Source: Dehalococcoidia bacterium (GTDB lineage: Bacteria > Chloroflexota > Dehalococcoidia > Plut-88900). From it: a DNA stretch of 64,000 nucleotides. The position numbers and the translations under genes were made by a program. The stretch is from positions 480,001 to 544,000 of the forward strand of contig CBDFLQ010000006.1 in the NCBI GenBank assembly GCA_965249275.1, given 5' to 3'. The notes under the pieces are model-generated. The model made no database searches and had not been told where the DNA came from. It saw nothing but the letters and a program-made list of their open reading frames with translations. Each line of letters begins with the position of its first letter. Position 1 is the first letter of the stretch. Shown here in pieces: positions 46,874-56,400 of this stretch.

Positions 46874-47236
46874 AAGAACCCGGCATGTCGCTAATCTACC
46901 GAACGAGTACAACTGGACGAGTACAACCCCTTGCCCTTTTCCCCTTCACTCCGCCTATAATCTCCCGTGAGCTTACGGCTCCAATTACGCCCTGTCCTTC
47001 CATCCCATGGTTTGGGAGTGCGTGAAAAATTTTTCCCGAATCAATCAAACAGGCACGGACTCAATCAGAAACAATCAAACTTCGCGGTTAATGACAACTC
47101 GCAGTCCCACATATCGGCCCCACGGCATCCCAACGCCCTGAACGTGTACAGGATATTGACTAGACCATCCCATGTTCTTAACATAGCCCGTTAGAGAAGA
47201 CGTGCGACTACGCTTGATGTGATTTAGGAGGAGCCG

Positions 47237-48397
47237 ATGGACTACAACATTATTACCGCGGACACCCACATGGACGTCACCTGGCTGCCGGGCGACATGT
47301 TTGTCAAAGGCGCCCCCGACGCCCTAAAGGACAAGATGCCCTATGTCAACAATAAGAACGGCAAACCCCAGTGGGAGATCGAAGGTGAGTTCATGTGCTG
47401 GGTCGGGGGTGGGGGCCTCACCGGAGCCTTTGGAGGCTACGTACCCGGTGAATCAAAGCACCTGGACCGCATGGCCGAGGTTGGTTTCTTCGACGGCATC
47501 AAGGATGGCGTATACCACCCCTCAAACGCCGACCTCCGGGTCAAGGACCTGGACATAGACGGTCTGGACGCCGAGGTCATATACGGAATCTTGGGCATTG
47601 GTGGAGGCGGCTTCTCCGGCCCCGGCTTCAAGGACCCCGAAGTCACCGCTACCATCTATGACGTCTACAACGAGTGGATCGCCGAGTTCACGTCGACCGA
47701 CCCCGGCCGGATGAAGGGTCTGGCCTGCCTCGCCAGCCACGACCCCGCGAGAGCCGCCCAACAGCTCAGAAGGGCCGGCGAGCTGGGCCTCAGGGGCGCC
47801 GAGATCAACGTCGGCACCATGGTCAAGCCCGTGTATCACAAGGACTGGGACCCCCTCTGGGCCACTTCCGCTGAATACCAGATGCCGATCTCCTTCCACA
47901 CCCTCGGCGTTCCCCACCGGAAACCCGACGCCGCGGACGCAGAGGCCTACCATTGGCTTAGCGTCTGCCTCAACTACACTCTATTCCAGCTCTCGGGGGC
48001 GGAGTTCCTGTGCAGCATCGTTCTCTCAGGCGCCTGCGAACGCTATTCTGATTTCAACTTCGTCCTGGGTGAGTGCGGCATCGGCTGGATCCCCTATGTC
48101 ATCGAGCGCACCGACGAGGAGTACGATGATCGAGGATTCCACATGGGCTATCCGATGAAGCCCAGCGAGTACTGGAGACGGCAGGGTCACTCCACCTTCC
48201 AGAACGAGTACGTTTCCGTCGACCAGATCGAGAGAATCGGCTTGGACAACATCATGTGGGGCAACGACTATCCCCACCCCGACGGCGTGTTCCCCGATTC
48301 TAAGAAGGCACTTGATGACGGCCTCGGTCACCTGCCCGCAGACATCCGCAACAAGATAGTCTGCGAAAACGCCATTAAAGCCTATCGCTTTAACTAG
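47237..48397 (+). CDS. Amidohydrolase family (Amidohydro_2) protein
   Basis: TADTHMD, PISFH, FQLSGAE, WGNDYPHPD; AGGAGG RBS. Confidence 0.92.
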   Translation: MDYNIITADTHMDVTWLPGDMFVKGAPDALKDKMPYVNNKNGKPQWEIEGEFMCWVGGGGLTGAFGGYVPGESKHLDRMAEVGFFDGIKDGVYHPSNADLRVKDLDIDGLDAEVIYGILGIGGGGFSGPGFKDPEVTATIYDVYNEWIAEFTSTDPGRMKGLACLASHDPARAAQQLRRAGELGLRGAEINVGTMVKPVYHKDWDPLWATSAEYQMPISFHTLGVPHRKPDAADAEAYHWLSVCLNYTLFQLSGAEFLCSIVLSGACERYSDFNFVLGECGIGWIPYVIERTDEEYDDRGFHMGYPMKPSEYWRRQGHSTFQNEYVSVDQIERIGLDNIMWGNDYPHPDGVFPDSKKALDDGLGHLPADIRNKIVCENAIKAYRFN

Positions 48398-48423
48398 TCC
48401 ATTACCCCAAGGGACGGGGTAGA

Positions 48424-48753
48424 GTGGCCTACGACGAACGATCGGCCCAAAGGGTCCGCTTGGAACTGGCAGCCCAGGAGGGTGTATCAGAGAAGCGGAT
48501 GTTCGGCGGTCTGGCCTTTATGGTGCACGGGAACATGGCCTTGGCGGTCGACAAAGACAGGCTAATGGTTAGGGTGGGCCCGAACCGGTATGAGGCCTCT
48601 CTGAAGAGACCCCACGCCGGACCGATGGACATGACGGGCAGACCTATGAAGGGATTCGTGGTAGTGCAGCCGGAGGGACTGGACAAGAAAGAGGGCCTGC
48701 AAGACTGGGTTCAACAGGGAGTGGAGTTCGCACTTAGCCTGCCCCCTAAGTAA
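48424..48753 (+). CDS. TfoX/Sxy N-terminal domain protein
   Basis: MAYDE..EKRMFGGLAFMVHGNM..LMVRVG..MTGRPMKGFV..SLPPK. Confidence 0.9.
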   Translation: MAYDERSAQRVRLELAAQEGVSEKRMFGGLAFMVHGNMALAVDKDRLMVRVGPNRYEASLKRPHAGPMDMTGRPMKGFVVVQPEGLDKKEGLQDWVQQGVEFALSLPPK

Positions 48754-48791
48754 GCCCAACATCGCGGCCTTTAAGAAGGATTGGAAAGATT

Positions 48792-49934
48792 ATGGAATAC
48801 AGCGTTATCTCTGCTGACACCCACCTCGACCTCACCTGGCTTCCCGGCGACATGTTCGTCGAGGCCGCACCGGCTCATCTCAAATCTCAGATGCCCTACA
48901 CCACGGACGCTGGCCCCGAGAAGCGCTGGATCGTTGAGGAAGAGGACATAGCACGCGCAGGCGGATTTATAGGCTACACTCCCGGTCACTCCAAGCACAT
49001 GGACCGAATGGCCGAGGTCGGCTTCTATGACGGAGCTGCAGACGGCATCTACCATCCCGCCGTAGCCGATCTCCGACTTCATGACCAGGACCTGGACGGC
49101 GTTGACGCCGAGATCATCTACGGCATCCTGGGTATAGCCGGCGGCGGGTTCTCGGGCCCCGGGTTCCGAAACCCGGAGGTGACCACGGCCATCTATGACA
49201 TCTACAACGAATGGGTTAGTGACTTCGCGAAGGCATCCCCCCAGAGACTTGGGGCCCTGGCTTGCGTCATCAGCCACGACCCCCAAATTGCTGCCCGGCA
49301 ATTGAGACGCGCGGCGGAACTCGGCCTCAAGGGCGCGGAGATCAATGTCGCCAAGATGAGCTCGCCTATGTACCAAAAGGAGTGGGACGTTCTTTGGGCC
49401 GTAGCCGACGAATGCGACATGCCCATATCCTTCCACACCTTGGGCATTCCCACCCGCACCCCCGAGGGAGAGTCGGCATCCGACTACGCTGTGACTTATG
49501 ACGGCTTAAGGGAGTGCTTATTCCAGCTGTCGGGGGCGGAGTTCCTGGTCAGCGCCGTCTATTCTGGGGCCTGCATGCGCTACCCCAATTTCCAGTTCGT
49601 TCTCGGGGAGTGCGGAATTGGTTGGATACCCTACGTCATTGAGCGAATGGATGCGGAATATGAAGACCGGTACCACCCCATAGGTTTGGAGATGGCCCCG
49701 ACAGCCTACTGGCGTCGGCAGGGATTCTCCACCTTCCAGAATGAATTCGTCTCCCAGGACCAGGTGGACAGGATTGGGATCGAGAGCATCATGTGGGGCT
49801 CCGACTACCCGCACAGAGACGGTGTATTCCCCGACTCCCGAAAGGTCATAAGCGAAGGAATGGGCCACCTGGACGATGCTGTTACCCAACAGATCGTCTG
49901 CGACAACGCCGCACGTCTTTACAACTTCAACTGA
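48792..49934 (+). CDS. Amidohydrolase family (Amidohydro_2) protein
   Basis: SADTHLD, PISFH, FQLSGAE, WGSDYPH; close paralog of 47237-48397. Confidence 0.92.
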   Translation: MEYSVISADTHLDLTWLPGDMFVEAAPAHLKSQMPYTTDAGPEKRWIVEEEDIARAGGFIGYTPGHSKHMDRMAEVGFYDGAADGIYHPAVADLRLHDQDLDGVDAEIIYGILGIAGGGFSGPGFRNPEVTTAIYDIYNEWVSDFAKASPQRLGALACVISHDPQIAARQLRRAAELGLKGAEINVAKMSSPMYQKEWDVLWAVADECDMPISFHTLGIPTRTPEGESASDYAVTYDGLRECLFQLSGAEFLVSAVYSGACMRYPNFQFVLGECGIGWIPYVIERMDAEYEDRYHPIGLEMAPTAYWRRQGFSTFQNEFVSQDQVDRIGIESIMWGSDYPHRDGVFPDSRKVISEGMGHLDDAVTQQIVCDNAARLYNFN

Positions 49935-49982
49935 CCGGGGTCCGGGCCGCGACCTGCGGCAACGAAAGCGGGAAGGGGAAGT

Positions 49983-50969
49983 ATGACCGTAATGGACCGG
50001 TTCAGCGTATTCGCCTTCGCCCTCGGCGATCCGCCTCCGGCTGCGTCCGAGTTGATTATGGCCGCCAAGCACGCCGACGCCCTCGGGTCTCACTCCATAT
50101 CGCTGCCCCATCACCTCACTCTTCCCGCCGCACAGGTCTACACGGGATTCCCGCGTCGGGACATCCTTGATCCGCTGGTTCTTCTTCCGGCCATGGCCGC
50201 CGTCACCAATAACATTCTGGTAGGAACCAACTCGGCGATAGTACCGGTGCTTGCCCCGTACGTGTGGGCAAGGTACTTTGCGACGCTCGATGTGATGTCG
50301 GGTGGGAGGGCGCTGGCGGGTATGGCTATGGGTTGGTTCGAGAAGGACTTCGCTGCAGCCAAGGCCAATCTCAAGAGAAGGGCCCGACACTTCGACGAAG
50401 CCCTCGGGCTCATCCGCCGCCTGTGGACCGAGTCCTCCGTCACCCACTCCGGCGAGACTTGCCAAATATCCGAGATGGAGATGGAACCGAAGCCTATACA
50501 AAAGCCTCATCCTCCTATCTGGATTGGCGGGCACATCGCGTCCATAGAGAGGGCGTCGCGGCATGCGCAGTACCTGCTGCCGGCAAACCTCACCGTCGAA
50601 GAGATAAAGGAAACGTACCTCCCGCGTCTACAAGAACAGAACGCCAAGTGGGGCACCGAGGCTGGGATCTGTTTAAGCGTTCGGGTCAACGTCGGCGACA
50701 GTCGGGGCGCGGACCCTGAGATGCTGCCGCGTATTGCCCGTTTGGTCTCATCGCGAAGATCCCCGGTTACCGACATCCACAAGATCGCCATCGCCGGATC
50801 TCCCCAACACTGCGCCGAGAGGATTGAAAATTACCTGGAAGCCGGAATTTCCCACTTACTCCTGGACTTCCAGTATCATGGCCTCACAAGTGTGGGCTAT
50901 TCGATGCGGCAGATGGACCTGTTTGTGTCGGAGGTCATGCCGCTACTTAGTGGGGAAATCTCTCCGTAA
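49983..50969 (+). CDS. LLM-class flavin/F420-dependent oxidoreductase
   Basis: DPLVLLPAMAAVT, ATLDVMSGGR, PKPIQKPHPPIWIGG. Confidence 0.9.
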   Translation: MTVMDRFSVFAFALGDPPPAASELIMAAKHADALGSHSISLPHHLTLPAAQVYTGFPRRDILDPLVLLPAMAAVTNNILVGTNSAIVPVLAPYVWARYFATLDVMSGGRALAGMAMGWFEKDFAAAKANLKRRARHFDEALGLIRRLWTESSVTHSGETCQISEMEMEPKPIQKPHPPIWIGGHIASIERASRHAQYLLPANLTVEEIKETYLPRLQEQNAKWGTEAGICLSVRVNVGDSRGADPEMLPRIARLVSSRRSPVTDIHKIAIAGSPQHCAERIENYLEAGISHLLLDFQYHGLTSVGYSMRQMDLFVSEVMPLLSGEISP

Positions 50970-50971
50970 AT

Positions 50972-51014
50972 CGAACGTATGTTTCTTGACCCGGTGATGC
51001 CGTGGGAATAGTGT
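50972..51014 (+). promoter_or_regulatory. LexA (DinR-type) box abutting a sigma70 promoter
   Basis: CGAACGTATGTTTC (50972-50985) fits CGAACRNRYGTTYC; immediately followed by TTGACC-17-TAGTGT. Confidence 0.5.
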
Positions 51015-51331
51015 TCCGTTCACTTATACGGGGCCGCTTTACTTAGTAGCTTCCTTGCGGGAAGCCAAGGCAAATAGGGCAATGGGCATAGGTCCCTTCA
51101 AATGTCGGCTCCAAAGCGGTCATGTAGCCGCACCGTGGTGGGGTACATGGGGTGTTCCGCCGCCCAGATCCCTTGCTCCTCACTAATGGAGCCCCGCGCC
51201 CCGAGCAGACCTCCACGCAGCGTAAGCTGAAGAGTCTCTTGATTTCTACGCAGAGCGAACGTTGCAGGCGATATTGAGAATTGGGGCGAGGGTCTCCGCC
51301 TCAGCATAGTTAGCCTAGCAAGGGAGACTCT

Positions 51332-52579
51332 ATGAAGTTTCAACTTTTTGTATTGCCAACAATTCCGGGCATTCTGGAAGACGGAGAGCGGCTCCGTCCT
51401 ATAGCCCGGAACAACGACCGTTTCCAGGAGATGCTGGAACAGGTGAGGCAGATCTGCATCTTGGGCGATGAGCTCGGGTTTGACTGCTTCTCCACCACCG
51501 AGCACCACTTCCACTCGGAAGGGTACGAATGCTCGGTGGCGCCGCTTGTGCTGTATTCAAACCTCGCAGCGCAGACCAAGAGGATAAAGTTCGGGCCGCT
51601 GGGGCTCGTGCTCCCGTCCTGGGATCCGATCCGGTGCGCAGAAGAGATCGCGATGCTGGACCACCTGACCAAGGGTCGGGTGATCGCGGGGTTCGCCCGA
51701 GGCTACCAGGACAGGTGGGTGAACGTCATGGGCCAGCAGTACAAGGCCATCGCCGCTCAGTCCGACGAAAGCGCCGGCGACTCCCACAATCGTGAGATCT
51801 TCGAGGAGATCTTTCACATCATCAAGCTTGCATGGACCGAGGACGCGTTTTCCTATAAGGGAAAGTACTACCAGGTGCCATACCCCTACGAGGAGGGGAT
51901 CAGAAACTGGCCCGCGCAGAAGTGGACAGGTAGTCATGGCGCCCCTGGCGAGTTAGACGAGGAAGGGACAATTCGCAAGGTGTGCGTGGTGCCCAAGCCC
52001 TACCAGCAGCCCCACCCTCCCATTTTCAACGCCTTCTCGGTAAGCGAAAGTACGGTGCGATGGGCGGCAAAGGAGGGAACGATACCCCACATCCAGATCT
52101 CCCTCCCGGAGTCTTTCAACCGGCTTTGCCACGTTTATCAGGACGTGGCCCGGGAGAATGGACGGGACCTGAAGCTGGGCGAGAGCGTCGGGGCGTCAAG
52201 GGTGGTGTACACGGGCAAGACCTACGAGGAAGCTTACAAGCTTGCCGAAGAGACGCTGGGCTGGAGCTACGCCGTATACTACAACCAGTTCGGGTTCGCA
52301 GAGGGGTTCCGGTATCCGGGTGAGGACGCACCAAGACCGTTGACCTTCAAAAGCAAGGCCGCCGCCACTGAGCGGCTCGTTGACCAGGGCTATGGCATAG
52401 TGGGCACGGTGGATGACGTGAAGCGGAAGCTGGAAGACCTGCAACGCTGCCACGAGGACGGCGACGGCGACCTGGAATGGTTCGGGTTCCTGGTAGATCA
52501 GGGCATGTATCCGCTGGAGGAGGTGCTGGAGCAGGTCCACACCTTCGGTACCAAGATCATGCCGGAGTTCCAAGGATAA
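51332..52579 (+). CDS. LLM-class flavin-dependent monooxygenase
   Basis: TEHHFHSEG, DPIRCAEEIAMLDHLTKGR, GFARGYQ, PKPYQQPHPP. Confidence 0.92.
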   Translation: MKFQLFVLPTIPGILEDGERLRPIARNNDRFQEMLEQVRQICILGDELGFDCFSTTEHHFHSEGYECSVAPLVLYSNLAAQTKRIKFGPLGLVLPSWDPIRCAEEIAMLDHLTKGRVIAGFARGYQDRWVNVMGQQYKAIAAQSDESAGDSHNREIFEEIFHIIKLAWTEDAFSYKGKYYQVPYPYEEGIRNWPAQKWTGSHGAPGELDEEGTIRKVCVVPKPYQQPHPPIFNAFSVSESTVRWAAKEGTIPHIQISLPESFNRLCHVYQDVARENGRDLKLGESVGASRVVYTGKTYEEAYKLAEETLGWSYAVYYNQFGFAEGFRYPGEDAPRPLTFKSKAAATERLVDQGYGIVGTVDDVKRKLEDLQRCHEDGDGDLEWFGFLVDQGMYPLEEVLEQVHTFGTKIMPEFQG

Positions 52580-52639
52580 ACATATATCGGGGGTGGCGCT
52601 GGCGCGCCACCCCCACCCGGCATAGGAGGTATTCCCGCA

Positions 52640-53746
52640 ATGACCTCTTCAGTAACCGAAAAGGCATCCCCTATCTGGAGGACTCTGCCCAGTCGCTACT
52701 ATTGGGCCGAGGACATCTACGAACTTGAAAAAGAGCGCATCTTTTACGACTCCTGGCTGTATGTCGGCCGGGTCGCCCAGATCCCGAACCCCGGCGACTT
52801 CATAACACAGGACATCGTCGACGAGAGTGTCATCATAGTTAGGGACAAGCACGGCATCATAAACGCCTTCTCCAACGTTTGCCGACACCGGGGTAACAAG
52901 TTGTGCGGTGTGGCGTCTGGGAAATTCAAGGGCAGCGCCATATCTTGCGGCTACCACGGTTGGACCTACGATCTGGACGGCGAGCTTATAGCCACGCCGA
53001 ACATGATAGGCACTGAGGGATTTCGCAAGGGAGACTTCCCCCTGTATCCCGTGGCTCTTCACTTTTGGGAGGGTGGCATCTTCGTCAACCTGTCTCCCAA
53101 CCCCGAACCCTTTAACCCTGGGGTCGGGCCACTGGCGGACATATTGGCGCGGTACAACCTCGCGAACCTGGAAGTTGCGGAGCGCAGGGAATACCACATC
53201 GACGCTAACTGGAAGCTGGTCCAGGAGAATAACGTAGAGTGTTACCACTGCCCGTCAATCCACCCCGAGCTCTGCGCTATACAGCCGAACGTCAGGAGGG
53301 GCAACATAGGCGCCTCTAACAGCGATGGCAACCCGCTCATAGAAGGCGGAAACTCCTTCACGCTGGACGCTACGACTAACAGGCCCCTCATCAGCACCAT
53401 AACTCCGGAGGATGAAGGCCGCTTCCGAAGCACCCCCGTATGGCCCGCCTTCTTCCTGGGCTTTCTGCCTGACCACGTCTTCACTTTCAACGTCTGGCCG
53501 ACGGGAATAGAGAAGAGCACGGTGGTGATGGAGTGGCTGTTCGAGCCCTCAACCATCGCCATGCCGGACTTTGCCCCGAGCGACACGGTGGAATTCCTTG
53601 ACACGGTCGTGAGACAGGACTTCGGCATCTGCCACGAGGTGCAGAAGGGTATTAAGTCCCGGGCGCACAAGTCGGGGGTCTACGCACCTAACGAGTTCCT
53701 TCCCCACGAGTTCAACGAATGGGTCAGGGCAAGGGTGGATCGATAG
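52640..53746 (+). CDS. Rieske non-heme iron oxygenase alpha subunit (quaternary amine demethylase/GbcA-like group)
   Basis: NVCRHRG..CGYHGW Rieske site; NWKL..ENNVECYHC..IHPEL mononuclear Fe site; QD...C..VQKG. Confidence 0.9.
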   Translation: MTSSVTEKASPIWRTLPSRYYWAEDIYELEKERIFYDSWLYVGRVAQIPNPGDFITQDIVDESVIIVRDKHGIINAFSNVCRHRGNKLCGVASGKFKGSAISCGYHGWTYDLDGELIATPNMIGTEGFRKGDFPLYPVALHFWEGGIFVNLSPNPEPFNPGVGPLADILARYNLANLEVAERREYHIDANWKLVQENNVECYHCPSIHPELCAIQPNVRRGNIGASNSDGNPLIEGGNSFTLDATTNRPLISTITPEDEGRFRSTPVWPAFFLGFLPDHVFTFNVWPTGIEKSTVVMEWLFEPSTIAMPDFAPSDTVEFLDTVVRQDFGICHEVQKGIKSRAHKSGVYAPNEFLPHEFNEWVRARVDR

Positions 53747-53835
53747 AGGTCTTCAAGATTGGACTTTGAGTGGACAAGCCCGGATAATGGGGCCGTCCCA
53801 ATGGCATAAATTAGTGTTTCCTGGGGAGGATTAAC

Positions 53836-55071
53836 ATGGGCTACACAGGCAAGGTTATCTCCGGGGACTGCCACGTGGACATACCGTGGCTGCCCGCAGA
53901 CCTATTCACCTCCAACGCTCCGTCCCATCTCAAAGACCGGATGCCCCACGTGGAGGACACCAAGGATGGCGAGCAGTGGTTCGCCGGGGGCAGGCAACTC
54001 GGTTGCGTTGGGGGCGCCGGCATCGGACTGCAGCCCAGTCTATTCTGGGACCCATATGTGCCGGGAGTCTCCACTCGGCTGGACCGGATGGAGGAACAGA
54101 ATTTCTTCACCGATGCTCAACAGGGCCTGTTCCACCCCACCACCCCCGAGTTGAGGATCAAAGACCAGGAGACCGACGGGATCAAGGGTGAGGTGCTATA
54201 CGGCGTCCTGGCCCTGGCCAGCGGCTTTGGATCGACTCAAGGTGAAGAAGGTGCAGTCATAGGCGGTGACGAGCCCAGCGGCCCTGGTTACGGCCTCACC
54301 GACCCGGATGCCATCCTCTCAGCCTTCGACATCTATAACCAGTACATAGCTGACTTTTGCAACACCAACCCGGATAGATTAGCGGCCCTTGCCTGCCTAT
54401 TTGCCCGGGACCCGAAAGAGGCTGCCCGCCAAGTCCATCGTGCTGCGGAACTGGGGCTCAAGGGGACCGAGCTTAACGTGAGCTCCACCGAAGAGCCCAT
54501 TTATCTTCGGGACTGGGACCCCTTGTGGGCCGCTGTGGACGAGTCGGGATTGCCGATATCGTTCCACACGGTCGGGCTGTCGCCCAAGGCGCCGAAGAGG
54601 GACACCACAGCGTCAGAAAGGGCGATCATGACAGGTGTGGCCCTGACGGTATTCCAGCTCTCTGGGGCGGAATTTGTATCCAGCATCATCCTTTCCGGCG
54701 CATGCGAGCGGTACCCGAACATGAAGTTCGTCCTGGGAGAATGCGGCGTCGGGTGGCTGCCCTACGTCCTGTTCAGGATGGACGACGAGGCCGAGCGCTG
54801 GAAGATCGCAGAGCACGGCCTGAAAATGAAGCCGTCCGAATACTGGCACCGCCAAGGATATTCCACTTTCCAGATCGAGTACCTCACCAATGAGATGGTG
54901 GAGACGGTGGGAGAGGACAACATCCTTTGGGGCTCCGACTACCCACACCCCGACTGCGTGTGGCCCGACTCCCGGTCCGTCATCGATGAGAACCTGAGCC
55001 ACCTGGACGAGGGCAAGCTAAAGAAGATCGTGTGTGATAACACGGCCAAATTGTACGGTTTCCCCAACTAA
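53836..55071 (+). CDS. Amidohydrolase family (Amidohydro_2) protein
   Basis: SGDCHVD, PISFH, FQLSGAE, WGSDYPHPD. Confidence 0.92.
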   Translation: MGYTGKVISGDCHVDIPWLPADLFTSNAPSHLKDRMPHVEDTKDGEQWFAGGRQLGCVGGAGIGLQPSLFWDPYVPGVSTRLDRMEEQNFFTDAQQGLFHPTTPELRIKDQETDGIKGEVLYGVLALASGFGSTQGEEGAVIGGDEPSGPGYGLTDPDAILSAFDIYNQYIADFCNTNPDRLAALACLFARDPKEAARQVHRAAELGLKGTELNVSSTEEPIYLRDWDPLWAAVDESGLPISFHTVGLSPKAPKRDTTASERAIMTGVALTVFQLSGAEFVSSIILSGACERYPNMKFVLGECGVGWLPYVLFRMDDEAERWKIAEHGLKMKPSEYWHRQGYSTFQIEYLTNEMVETVGEDNILWGSDYPHPDCVWPDSRSVIDENLSHLDEGKLKKIVCDNTAKLYGFPN

Positions 55072-55130
55072 ACTAATCCCGTAATTTCGAGGTCTAGGCA
55101 GTCAATAGCACTTCTTATAGGAGGGCGGCC

Positions 55131-56357
55131 ATGAGCTATACGGGCAAGGTTATATCGGGGGACTGTCACCTGGACATTCCCTGGCTGCCGGAAGACCTGT
55201 TCACTTCCCGGGGCCCGGCTCACCTGAAAGACAAGATGCCCCGGGTGAAGGAAACCGACCAGGGCCTCAAGTGGTTCTCCGAAGACCGTGTACTTGGTTG
55301 GGTTGGAGGCGCCGGAATCGGCGTGAGGCCCGGGGGTTGGGACCCGTATGTCTCGGGAATGTCCAAGCGGCTGGACCGTATGGAGGAGCTTAAATTCTTC
55401 TCCGACGCCAACAACAGGGTCCTGCGCCCCGGCACCGCAGATTTAAGAATCAAGGACCAGGACTCCGACGGCGTGAGTGGCGAAGTGATATACGGCGTAC
55501 TGGGGCTTGGCGGGTTTGCCGGCCAAAACGAATCGGAGAGTGCGCCGGTTATGGGCGACGAGCCCTCGGGCCCCGGCTACGGCATACAGGACCCGGAGGT
55601 GATTACCGCCGTCTACGATGCCTACAGTGAGTGGATGTCGGGCTTTTGCAAGACCAACCCGGACCGGCTGGTGGGCCTCACCTGTCTCAGTCCCAACGAC
55701 CCGAACATTGCCGCCGCCCAGCTACGGCGGGCCTCGGACCTCGGTCTCAGGGGCGCGGAGATGAACGTCGCCTCCGCCACCGACCCCCTCTATCACAAGA
55801 ACTGGGATGCGCTGTGGGAAGCCGCCGACGAGACCGGCCTGCCCATATCCTTCCACACCGTCGGCATCGCGCCCCGATCCCCGAAACCCGAGGAGGTAGA
55901 GGACTACCACTGGGTGCTGAACGGCCTCGTAATCACCATGTTCCAGCTAGCCGGCGCCGAATACCTGGCCAGCATAATATACGGCGGGGCACTGGACCGT
56001 TACCCCAACTTCAAATTCATCCTGGGCGAGTGCGGCATTGCCTGGATCCCCTACGTCCTGTTTCGCATGGACGACGAGTACGAAAGGCAGCTCTTCCACC
56101 TGGGTCTCAGCATGAAGCCCAGCGAATACTGGGCCCGCCAGGGTTACTCAACCTTCCAGATCGAGCACCTGACAAACGAGATGATAGACGTGGTCGGCGA
56201 GGACAACATCATGTGGGGCTCGGACTACCCGCACCCCGATTGTGTCTGGCCCGACTCCCGGACAGTGATCAACGAGCATCTCGGTCATCTCGATGAGTCC
56301 AAGATAAGGAAGCTGGTCTGCGACAACACGGCGAAGCTATACGGGTTTCCGAACTAG
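55131..56357 (+). CDS. Amidohydrolase family (Amidohydro_2) protein
   Basis: SGDCHLD; tandem paralog of 53836-55071, sharing the GDEPSGPGYG insertion and DNTAKLYGFPN end. Confidence 0.92.
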   Translation: MSYTGKVISGDCHLDIPWLPEDLFTSRGPAHLKDKMPRVKETDQGLKWFSEDRVLGWVGGAGIGVRPGGWDPYVSGMSKRLDRMEELKFFSDANNRVLRPGTADLRIKDQDSDGVSGEVIYGVLGLGGFAGQNESESAPVMGDEPSGPGYGIQDPEVITAVYDAYSEWMSGFCKTNPDRLVGLTCLSPNDPNIAAAQLRRASDLGLRGAEMNVASATDPLYHKNWDALWEAADETGLPISFHTVGIAPRSPKPEEVEDYHWVLNGLVITMFQLAGAEYLASIIYGGALDRYPNFKFILGECGIAWIPYVLFRMDDEYERQLFHLGLSMKPSEYWARQGYSTFQIEHLTNEMIDVVGEDNIMWGSDYPHPDCVWPDSRTVINEHLGHLDESKIRKLVCDNTAKLYGFPN

Positions 56358-56400
56358 GAGTTGACCAGAGAGCGATTAGAGTCTAGCGGGGAGGCGGAAT

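Noticed and set aside
46967-47194. ORF containing AVNDNS, reminiscent of a tmRNA tag
   Set aside because: No tRNA-like GGGG 5' end or TTCGA..CCACCA 3' end, and the peptide does not end in an ALAA-type tag
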